The notes beneath the pieces are model-generated. The model made no database searches. It saw nothing but the letters and a program-made list of their open reading frames with translations, and had not been told where the DNA came from. Both the position numbers and the translations under genes were made by a program. Below are positions 20,201 through 32,200 of a stretch of 64,000 bases of DNA, one piece after another (the first letter of the stretch is position 1; every line of letters begins with the position of its first letter). Source of the stretch: a virus. The DNA lies in IMG/VR virus record IMGVR_UViG_3300031812_000001, positions 2,474-66,473 of that record. The stretch is one strand, 5' to 3'.

Positions 20201-23200
20201 CGCAGATGCCATAGTTTTCTACAAAGGAGACGTTCCGCTTGCCCTGTGCTTGACGGCGCGAACCGACATCTATTTCGACCCCAAGCTGGCGATGGAGCGT
20301 CTCGGCATTCCAGTGGCTCCCCAACAGGCCAGCGGCCCCAATGCGGTGGATGAGATTCTGTCCCAGTACAGCGTGGTGCGCTCGACCCCTAGAGCGGGCG
20401 CCGAAAGGCGCGAACAGCTTGAGCAGAAACTCAAGGAGGCCCGCCAGAAGTACGAAGAGGCGCTCAGGGTGGAGCAGGCTCTCACCAAGGAACTAAGGAA
20501 AGAAGGGTCGATAGAGAAAAGAAAGCTCATCGAGGGGCGTCTCGAAAAGGCTGAAAATGATACCACTGAAACCAAAATCAAGTTTGATCAACTGAATGTC
20601 GAGTCTTTGGTTGCGGCCATAGAAGACGCGGCGGAACAACATCAAGATCGACTCGCAAGGCTTAGCGCCTTCCTGAACCTGTTCGGCGAACTCATCGAAT
20701 CGAAAGAGCATCAATGGAAGGCCATTAACTCCGAGCTGGAGAAAGAGGCCCTACAATACCTCTGGTCTATCGCCACCGACCTTGACCCACACCTGACAGA
20801 CGAACAGCGAAAGCAATCAAGGCAAGAAGCGGCCCGCACGCTTGTTCGCGCCGTCGGGCATGATCAGGAGGCCGCAGCCGACCCGCGGTCCGCGCTGAAA
20901 GGGCGGCTAGATCGGAACCAGCGCTCTTACATTGAACGGTGGGTCAAAGAGCAGGTTCAGCAAATCAAGGAATCCCTATGGGAAGAGCACGGCATTGTTC
21001 TTCCTGAAATCGAAGAGTTCCAACTCAACCCCGACGTAAACCCGCTGGAAGAATTCGAGAAGATCAAGCAAAGGGCCTCCCAGAAGATAGCAGAACTGTA
21101 TGAGGCTCCGGGGACCTCGCTGTTCCAGCAACCCGCAGAGACAAGGCAGCCAGAACCGGAACCGGAACCAGAACCAAAACCGAGTTCCCCGCCGTCCGGC
21201 GCCGAAACCGAGGCTCAAGGCCAGCCCGTCGCCATTCCAAACGAGATCCGGTCCATACTCTTGAAGTATCCGGTCGTCAGAACAACCCCTGCGCCGGGAA
21301 CCCCGGAAAGGGAGCGGCTCCAGAGCCAATATCAGAAGGCCGATGACACCTATGCCGGACTGGTGAATGCGGTGGCCCATGCCAAGCGCGATCTGGGGAA
21401 ATACCCCAGGGGCAGCAAGCGGTATGCCCTTGTGCAGAAGAGGCTTGAAAGGGCCGAAGAGAAGCAGGACGAATCCTTCCGAAAACTGAGGGAGCTTCGG
21501 GATCTCTTGCGTCAAGCCGAGCTGGAAGACTGGGCCCTGCAAGACGACAACCCACTCATAAAGGTCGGAAGCCACCTGTGGCTGCTCGGAGAACTGATGT
21601 TGCCTGACGACGCAAGCGAGCTCAGAGAATGGGTAGAGCGCCAGGCGTTCCGTCTGGTTCGCGCTGCAACGGACGATCAGTATGCGCCACACCTGACGCC
21701 GGAGGAATTGGAGCGGAGCAGGGAGAATGCGGCGCGGGAGCTTGCTTCCGAGATCATGAAAGCGTCTCCCGATATAGCTGCAAATCCGGTCGCAAGGGCC
21801 AACAAGTGGTTTACCCTAAGCAATAGAGACAAGCTGCTGCGGAAGGCGACCCTGGAAATCAGGGAGATGCTGGGGCGCCTCCGCAGGGACTATGGATTTG
21901 ACAGCCAAGAACTAAAAGACATTGCGGAGCAGCTCCGCATACTGACCATTGATCCGATCAAGGCCCTGGAAAAGGCTCGCAGTTACTTCGACGACACCAT
22001 CAAGACGCTTGACAATCAGCGGGATGCCTACACCCTGAGGCTCAAGCCGGTTCCGGCTCACGAGTCGTACGTGTCAGGGTGGCCTGGAAACCTTGTTAAG
22101 CCTGGACGATTCATTGGAGACAGGGACCGCGGCATAGACTCAAGGGCGTTGCCAGAGGAAATCAGGGCCGAGCTTTCGGAGGCGCAGGAGGGGGAGACTC
22201 CGCAGATCGACCAAAGCGAGATTGAGGTTTTGTTCGAGAGGGCCTTATCCGAACCCAAGACCCCGTTGGCTTCACTGGGAATTGTGGATGGGGCGCTTGC
22301 TTATTACGCAGAACCAGGTGGGAGCGCTGCTTACGCCATACCCGCACGAATCGCCACGCTAGCTGAAAACGTGATGGGGGCCGACGAGATCAGTTTGTTC
22401 GAGTGGGCCATGACCCCCCGCGTGGTGTTCTTCCGCTCGGGCAAGCCGGTTGCTGTAGCTTCGGCTGTTCAGGATGCGCCAAGGATCAACCCAAGACTCG
22501 CCCTAGACAGGGCAATGGGCACGAAGACGGTCCAGGCTGGATGGTCTCCGCGTTGGACGGAAACGGTCCCGGAAGAACTCAAGAAGAACTTTGGCGGAAG
22601 CGCGTGGCGCTACTTTGAGAGACTCCGGCATCAAGCCAGGGGGCTCTTGGCTTTCATTGAGGCGTTCCCGCAGCATGAGACAGAAGCCCGCTGGACACCC
22701 GGCGCCGATAAGCTGCGCCAAGAGAATCAGAGGCGCATAGACGCCGCCAAGCAGCAATACGTCAGCGTGTTGGCTGATGCGGAGAAGAACCTTGGCCGTG
22801 AGGCGCGCGAGTTGCTTCATGACCAGGTTATGAGAAAGAGTCCGCTGATGCCCCCTGGAGACCCAGAAGCATTTGATGACTTCTGGAACGGGCTTCGGGT
22901 GAACGACAGGATTGCCGTCCCGAATGGGGTTATCCGGGTCACCGACGTGGAATCGCTATCGCTTCAGGCGGTTGTCCCCGGCGTCGGTTCGTTCGGGTTG
23001 CCCTCCAGGAGAGTGACGAAGATTGCGGCCCACGTGCCGGGCGAGGATGGCGCAAAGTTCTTCTCAAGTTCCGATCTGAAGTCCTACCTGTATCCTGGAT
23101 CGGGTGTTTCCGGGGCGGACTCGATCCCGAGCCAGTCTCCGCAGCCGACGCCGGCCAAAAGTGAGAGTCCGTCGCGCTATGCCTTGAGCGGCGACACATA

Positions 23201-26200
23201 CCGGCACCGGCAACAGATCAAGAAGCTTGGGGGCAGGTGGATTCCAGAGGAAAAAGTCTGGGTGATCCCAGCCGAAAATGTATCCAAGGCACAAAGGCTG
23301 TCCCGCAAGATTGAGATCAAGCCGTACTGGGGCAAGGAACAGGCCACGGAAGGGGCAAAGGCAGCAACGCCGGAACCGCTCCCGCCGCAGGCGCCGAAGG
23401 AAGAGGCGGAGAATCCAAACCATCGGCCCGAGCGTGTGCTGGCGAAGGCCAAAGAGATCCTCTCAAAGTTGACGGATTCTCAGTGGACTGGCATCCGCCA
23501 CGGCATGTTCCCGGCAGAGGTCATGGATGAGGCCAGGGCGCAAGGGTATGACATGCCGGCCCTTACGAAGACTTTGATGGAGCTGGCATCCAAGAGGAAA
23601 CGCAGCGCGCTAGAGGCCGAAGAGGAAGAAAATGAAAGGCTGACAATCCTTTTTGCGATTGACAAGCGGGGGCCGATTGAGGTGTCGGAGCTGTTGGGTC
23701 TGCCTGAAGTGTCTGGCATCAAGCACACTCGCGTGCTTGATCACCTCTATCGGATGGAGTTCCACGGGCTTGTCAAGGAAGTTGAGGACGAAACATACGT
23801 CCTGACTGACACTGGACGATTGATGATTTCCAGTGGGTCAGAGACCACGGAAGGCGAACTTCCAAGCCCAAGCGGAGGGTTCACATACGAAATCCTGGTG
23901 AACGGCTCTTGGCAGCCGTCTGGTGCGGTCTTTGAGTCCAAGGAAGACGCTGAAATAGCCGCCACGTCTGAGCTGTCGCGGCTGCGGGAGTCGGAGGACT
24001 ACCGGATCATTGAGCTCAACCAGGGTGCGCCAATCGACCAAGAGGTCGTCGCCGAACTGAAGCGCAAAGGAACGGCGCAGCGGGGCGATGTTTCGGCCAA
24101 GATCGTGGTGCATCCGTCCATCGTAGGCGCGCCGGAAGCCGGGGAAGCACACTGGGCGGTCGAGCTTACCGCCGGCGGAAACCGGCAGATGCTGGAAGCG
24201 GAACCGATGACGTTCGAGCAGGCCGTGGAGTCGGCGGCCCGCGCTCTTGCGGAATCTGCTGGAAGTACAATCACTAAGGGGGATCAGTCTCATGGCGAAA
24301 CCCAAACCGAAACAGATCAACCAGGACGAAGACCCGGATCTGACTCTGGAAGTCGTCCGCAAAATGTCCGACGAGGAAGCCAAGGCCAATCTCAAGCACG
24401 TCCCGCTGAGCCTGACGATTCTAAAGCATTGGCGGGAGTTCTGTCCGAAAACCTATCGGAGTCTCAAGCGGGCAGGGCGCCTTCACAGCACGGTGCTGGA
24501 GCGGGCGATCATGACGATAGAGCTGGCGTGCAGTCTGTGGAAGGACGGACTGGACGCGGTTCGGGCGCGGGAGATAGCCGACCGGGAGTACTGGCTTCTC
24601 ACGGACAAAGAGCTGTTTCCGTAGACGCCACCCCAACCGGAAACATTGAGGGCGACTTCCATCTGAGCGTTGAGGAAGCCGTCCGGATCGAAACCGGCGG
24701 GGCCAAAACCAAGGCTCGCAACAACCTCGAAGCGATTCGTATCGCCAAGCAACTGATCGAAGAGAAGCGTCCGGCAACCCCAGAAGAACAGGAAAAGCTG
24801 GCCAGGTTTGTCGGCTGGGGCGACGCCGAACTGGTGACCGGCATGTTCACCGCCCGGGATAGTAGTTGGGACGAGCTGCGCGGGCAAATGGACAGCCTGT
24901 TGACCCTGGAGGAATATGAGGCGGCGCGGCTATCAACCCTTAACGCGCATTACACCAGGCGGGACTTGGCCTTCGAAATGTGGCAGCTTGCCAAGAGGCT
25001 TGGTTTCCGGGCCGGAGGGACTGTGCTGGAGCCGGGCATGGGCGTCGGCAACTTCTTCATGGTGATGCCGAAGGACTTAATGCCGGGAACGCGCAGGGTC
25101 GGCGTGGAGATGGACGAGCTAACGGGCGCGATTGCCAAGGCTCTATTCCCGAACTCGACCGTCCTCATCGAGCCCTTCCAGAAGACCTCCCTGCCGGACA
25201 ACTACTTCGACCTGGTAATCGGAAACGTTCCGTTTGGGAAAATCGAGGTTGTTGATCCGGCGTTCAGGCGCGAACCGTTCATCACCAGAAACATCCACAA
25301 CTACTTCCTGGCCAAGTCTCTGCTTAAGCTGCGTCCGGGCGGAGTGTTGATTGCCATTACATCGCGGCACACGATGGACGCCAAGACGGGCAAGTGGTTC
25401 CGGGCCTGGATGTCGGAAAGGGCAGAGCTGTTGGGCGCAATTCGTCTGCCGCGTGAAACCTTCCAGCGCAATGCCGGGACATCGGTTACGACCGACATTT
25501 TGGTCCTTCGCAAGAGGGTTCCGGGAGAAGCCCCGATCTCCAGTGAAACATGGATCGAGGCGCCGGAGATCACTACTGAGGACGGCCAGGAAACCTTCAG
25601 CATCAACGAGTACTTCTACCGCCACCCGGAAATGATGATGGGGGTGATGAGGCCGGGACAGCAGTACCGCAGGGGATACCCCGAATTGTTCGGAGTATTC
25701 AGCATTAAACACCTGACGGATCTGTTTGAGAAGTTCCCAGAAAACGTGATTCCAAGCTGGAGTGAGACCAGCCGCGCCGAGGCGGTTTCCGAACAGGCTT
25801 ACCCGGACGCCAGGTTCATCAAGGAGGGCCAGTTTGCCATCGTCAATGGACAGGTGGTCCAGAAAGACGGACTGCATTTGAGGCCGGTGGTCGAGAGCAA
25901 GCAAAAGCTGGAGAGGATCAAGGGCATGATTGAAATCCGCGGAGCCGCCCGAGAAGTGATCCGAACCCAGCTTTACAGCGACGACGACGCCGAGCTTGCA
26001 AAGGCGCAGAAGGAACTGAATGAGGTCTACGACCGCTTCGTTAAGCAGCACGGCTACATCAATGACCCCAGGAACGCCAAAGCCATGTCCGAAGACCCGG
26101 ACTGGCCCCTTCTGTCTGCTCTCGAAAACTGGGACCCGGTGAATAAGACCGCCACAAAGAGCGACCTTTTCTCTCGCAGGACCATCCACAAGCCGAAGCC

Positions 26201-29200
26201 CGTTGAAAAGGTTGACACCGCGCGGGAGGCGCTGGCGGTGAGTCTGGCGGAAACCGCTTCGGTGAACTGGGAGAGGATGAAGCAGCTTACCGGAAAGTCC
26301 GAATCAGAGCTGCAAGCAGAACTTACAGGGCTGGTATTCAAGGACCCATTAACGAACAACTGGGTCACGGCGGACCTTTACCTCAGTGGAAACGTCAGGC
26401 AAAAACTCCGGGATGCCGAGTTTGCGGCTCAGAGGGACCCATACTACCAAGTCAACGTGGATGCGCTCAGAAAGGTTCAGCCCAAAGAACTCAATCCGTC
26501 TGAAATTGATGCCGTCGTTGGCGCAACGTGGATTCCGGATGAGATCTACAGCAGATTCCTGCAAGAAACGTTTGGGGCCAGCACGAGGGAAAGCGAAAAA
26601 CCTGTACAGCAGGTTCCAATTTTGGGCACTTTCGTTGTGGCGAGGGACATAGTTGTTAGGAGCAGAGCCGCCAACGAGCTTGAGTATGGCACGCCCTATT
26701 TCACTGGAGTCGATCTTTTCACCCTAGCCTTGCACAAGAGGGTTCCCGTGGCCTACGACTACATCCGAGTCCCAACGGGTTCAGGAGGCTACCGGGATAT
26801 AAGGGTGCGAAACAACGACGCCACCATCGCCGCCGTGGAAAAGCAAATGAAGCTCATTGAGCGCTTCGAGCGGTGGTTCTGGGAAGACCCGGAGCGGGCC
26901 AAGGTGATGTCCGAGCTATACAATGAACTGCGCAACAACTTGCGGTTCCCGGAGTTTGACGGAAGCCACCTTACGTTTCCTGGGTTGAATCGGGACTGGC
27001 TTAGGAACGGAAAGCCGGACAAGCACCAAGTGGACGGGGTTTGGAGGATCATTCAGGTTGGCAACACCCTTTTGGCCCACTCGGTTGGAAGCGGCAAGAC
27101 CCTGACCATCATCATGGCAGTCATGGAGCTGCGCCGTCTGGGAATGGCGAGGAAGGCCATGATCATTGTCCCCAACCATTTGGTTGCTCACTGGGCGAGG
27201 GAATTCCTTCGGGCTTATCCGTCCGCTCAACTTCTGGTTCCAGACAAGGAGGACTATTCCCCCAAGAACCGGAAGAAGCTCATGGCCCGCATTGCGGTGG
27301 GGAACTTTGACGCGATCATTGTTCCGATGTCGAGTTTTGAAAAGCTGCCCGTGAAGCGTGAAACCTACGAGAGGTTCATGCGGGAGCAGCTTGCGGAAAT
27401 TGATGCTGCGATTGAGGAGCTCTCCCGGGGGTCTCAGGATGATGCCGAGCTGGGCACCAGAGCGAGTTCAAGCAGAAAAAAGCGCAAAAACGGCAATCCT
27501 ACTGTCAGGCGGCTGGAGAAGCGCCGGGCGCAGATTATGGCGAGACTGGAAAAGCGCCTAAGGCAATGGGAAAAGGATGACGGGGTAACGTTTGAAGAAC
27601 TGGGCGTGGACTGGCTGTTTGTGGACGAGGCCGACATGTACAAGAACCTCGGCTACATCAGTTCGATACGAAACGTAGCCGGCCTGCCGAACGCGGATGC
27701 GAACCGGTCCAACGATTTGCTCATGAAGGCCAGGCATGTCATGGGCTTGCATGGCGGACGCAGGGGACTGGTATTCGCAACCGGGACGCCCATTTCCAAT
27801 ACGCTGGCCGAAGTGTGGACCATGATGCGGTATCTGATGCCGGACTATTTGCATCAGGTCGGGTTCGATCAATTCGACGCATGGGCGGGCACGTTTGCCC
27901 AGCTCACCGCGCAGTTTGAGATTGCGCCGGAGTCAAACCGGCTGATGTCGCGCTTGAGGTTCCGCAGCTTCAACAATGCCCCAGAGCTCATGCAGATGTT
28001 CCGGCTGATTGCCGACGTGCGCACCAAGGAGCAGCTTGGACTGCCTTCCCCGCCGATCTATCAGGGGGGTCCGATCACGATCTCCGTTCCAGCGACCGAG
28101 GAACAGAAGGAGTACATCCGAAGTCTTGGAGATCGAGCCGACCAGATTCGATCTGGATTGGTTGAGCCCGAAGAAGACAACATGCTCAAGCTCTCCAGCG
28201 ACGGACGCAAGGCCGCCCTGGACATGCGGCTGATTGATCCCAAGCTTCCAAGGAACCCAAACGGCAAGGTGCAGCGGGCCATAGAGAACATCTTGCAGAT
28301 TGCCAAGGAGTTCGAACAATACAGGGCGACGCAGCTTGTGTTCTTGGATCTGTCGATCCCAAGGGCGGACGGGGGAGACGAGACCGGCGCGGGCGCCGAG
28401 GTTGAAGCAGGACCGGAAGCCGAGCGGTTCAACAGCGTCTATCACGACATCCGAAACGGACTAATTAAGGGCGGGATGAAGCCAAGCGAGGTTGTCTTCA
28501 TCCACGACTTCAAAACCAAAGAGGCCCTGAATGACCTTTACAAAAAAATGAACTCCGGGGAGATCCGGGTTTTGATTGGAAGCCGGTCTAAGATGGGGCC
28601 GGGCATGAACGTCCAAGAGCGGCTGATTGCAGTCCACCATCTGGATGTTCCGTGGCGTCCGCGAGATCTTGAGCAAGCCGACGGTCGCATTGAGCGCCCG
28701 GGGAACAAGCTGTGGGATGAGCACAAGATTCCGGTTCGGATCTACCGCTACGTTACCGAGGGAACCTTTGATGCCTTCATGTGGGAGGCGGTCACCAGCA
28801 AGGCCAAGCCCATTGAAATGTTCATGAAAGGAGATACGTCCGTTCGACGGATTGAGGACGTTTCGGAGGTGGTTCTCAGTTACGAGCAGGCGAAGGCGCT
28901 GGCGAGCGGAAGCCCGTTGATCCGGGAAAACATCATCTTGGGCCAGGAGATCCGCAAACTGCAACTTCTCCATTCCCAATGGATGGAAGAAATACGCATG
29001 GCCGAAGGCCAGCTTGCCCAAAGGACCGCGCACTTAAAACGGGTGCGAGAGCAAATCCCGCTGTACCGAGAGGCGAGCGAGGAGATCAAAAACAACCAGA
29101 CCTTTGAATGGGGCGACCACGTTTACAGCGGAGAAGACATCCGGGACAAGGGAATCCCGGCCATGATTGGGTACCTAAAGAGCCTTGGCCCAATCGAAAC

Positions 29201-32200
29201 GAAAATGACGCTCCGGGGGAGATATCGCGGCTTTGACCTGTCTGCGGAGCCAAACAGCAGGGTATTCTTCACGATTACGCTGCATAGTGACAGCAATGGA
29301 CTCAAGGCTGGAGTATATCATCACGACAAGTCAAGCGGAAAAGTATACAAGGTAAAATCTAGGCGGCCAGACAGGAAATTCATAACAGTCAATGACATAA
29401 TTTACGAGCAAGTCGAAGACCCTGAAGCGAAAGATAAGCTCATGAAAAGCGGCGGGGGAATGACCCTGGAGTCGCATTGGCCTCTGGATTACCCGAAGAT
29501 TGAATTGAAACGCGGAACCATTAGCGAGTCTGTGGAGATTGACTACAATAATCCAGGCCGGACCCACAAATCCATTGATGCGGCATTGGAGAGGGTCGCC
29601 TCACGCGTCAAGGAACTTGAGGAAGAAGCCGACAACACCGAAAAAGACATTGTCAAGCTGGAGAGCATGAGGAACAAGCCCTTTGATCGGGCGGAAGAGC
29701 TGCAAAGGAAACTCCAGCGGAAGCAGGAACTAGAGGATCTGTTGGGGATGAATCGAACGGACGCGCAGGCTGCGGCTGCTGTGGAGCAAGCCTCCGAGGA
29801 CGAGGTCTCGGAAGAAGTGGACGCGGCGGGCGACCGCGAGCCGGACGAAGCCGACGCGATTCGCGTCATGCAGAAAACGCCTGGCGTGCCTGTGCTTCCC
29901 GAGTGGTGCCGGTCCAGGATGATGATGGTGGAAACCGCCTATAATCACAAGGAGTCAAAGCAGGTTTACATGGTCGGCAGGTGGCTGGCGGCCTATCTAA
30001 GCGACAGAAGCACGCGCAGAAATAGGTGGAAAGTTGTTCACGCCGGGAGCGGAAAAGAAATAGCGTCGTTTGAATACCCCGCCGATGCTTCCTTGTTCGT
30101 GAAGACGCTCGAAGAGAAGATTCCCAGTGAGCTCTCACAGCCAGAGTTAAGCCATGAGGCTGAAGAGAAAATCTACAGGGAACTTAGGGAATACAAGCCC
30201 ACGCACCTGGACCCAATGTCCATCTTCCAAAGAACCCTTGAAGATCTCCGGGCCAAGTGGCGCGAGCAGAGGGGGCTCAATGCGCCGCCGCAAGAGAATC
30301 GTCTCGGACCGGAGGCCGGCTCTGCGCCGATGCTTGTGGACCTGGCTCAATGGCTGGCGAACCGGTTTGGGTCGGACGCTCCGAAGGCGAACTATACCGG
30401 ACTGGGCGCCTTTTCTTACGGCAAGGCAGTGGCCAAAAACTGGCTTGTGCGCAATCTATCCGTGCTTGAAAAGGTAAGCCCCGAGGCGCACGAGGCGGCG
30501 GTCCGGGCCGCCAGCGCAAAAGGTCAGGCCGTTGCGACCTTGCGCGCCGCCATCCCGCCCATACTGGATGCCCTGAAGGGCTCTGGTCACACATGGGAAG
30601 AGTTGCGGCTGGCCCTGATTGAATCTCGTCTGCGCGGCATCCGGCAGAGGTGGCTGAATCTTGCGGACCAAGCTGAGGAGATGACCGACGAACAGACCAA
30701 GCAAGCCTTCGATGATGCATTGGCCGACCTGGTGTCGGAGATCAGCGGCCGGGCGGGGTTGCCGAAGGAAGCCATTCAGACCGCCGCGGCTCTAGCTGAG
30801 GCTCAAGAGTGGGAGGGACTGAGGTTGTTCCTGGCCGATCTGTTCCGAGACGCGGCCAGCCGGGTCGCCACAGTCATGGAAGAGGGCTGGTTCGATGAGG
30901 TCAGGAACGACCCGAATGTGCGGCGCGCGCTGCAAATCTACAAGAGCACGGTGGAGGCGGCAATGGCGGAAAGCCATGCCCTTAACGAGGGCATCTTCTC
31001 TGATGCGCTCGGGCCGCTTCAAACGTATTACCCGTTGGTGCCAATCGGAAAAGAACGGCCATCGGCGCCGCTGCGCCGGGTTCCTTATCACAAGCCGAAG
31101 AACCTTGCGAATTACTTCGCCACAGGATTGTCTGAGGCTTATGATGTCGGGATGGAATCGCTGCGTGACCGGCTGACGGCCAACATTTTGGCCAATGATC
31201 GGGCGCACCTATTGAGGGTCCTTGAACAGGAAGGGCTCGTGACTCCGGCTGTCCCCGGTCAGAGGACGTTTATCGGCGAGAACGGTCAGGAATACCTTGG
31301 GGTTCGCGTGGAGATCCAGCCCGCAAGGACCATCATTCGGGAGACCGGGGAGGTGGTAAACATTCCTCCGAGAATGGGCGTCATGCCCGCCCAGCTTTAT
31401 GGAGAACTAAAGCCGATTTTGGAGTCCGACAACTGGTCTAAGGCTGATGTCATAGCGCGGATCTTGAAAGCAGTCAATGAGTTGGCCCTGGTTGGACCGT
31501 TCGACTTCGTGTTCCACACGGCCAACCTGATGGGCACCCTGGTCGCCAATACCCCGTTTCTGGAAAAATCCATCCGGGGAGGGGTTCTGTCGCTTCCGGT
31601 ATTGAAGCGCTTCTATGCCATCGTGAAATCCGTCTCGACGGACCCGACGACAGAAGAGGCCGCACGGGACATCATTGAAATGGCAAAAATCGGACTCGTC
31701 CCAGACCGATATGCGTCCGTAACCTTCAGCAAGCGGTTGGCTGAAGAGCTGGGTGCGAAGCAAAGGTTCACCCTCGGTCCCATCCTGTACGGACCGAGGG
31801 GACTGGACATCCGCGCCAGGCTATTGATGTACCGGTTGGCAAAAGAGATCAATCCGGATGCCGGAAAGCGGGAGATCCGGGAGTTCGTCAATCAACTTGG
31901 AAACTATGTTTTCTCGCTCCAGGGTGTGATCGAAAGGGCGCTGAAATCCACCTTCATCGCTCCGTTCTTCACCGCCGGAAGTTCCATGATCCGCAACGGG
32001 ATTAACGCATGGCTTGGAACCGGTCCGATTCCAAAGAAGGGACCGGCGCTTCGTCTCTACCAGCTTCTTGTCTCCGGTGCGATTGGGACGATTGCCCTGT
32101 GGGTGCTGGTTTACAACGCGCTCACGGGGAAATGGCCGTGGGAGGACCGCCGGGCGCGCTTGCTTCAGATTCCGGTTGGCGGAGGCGGTGGTCCGATTGA

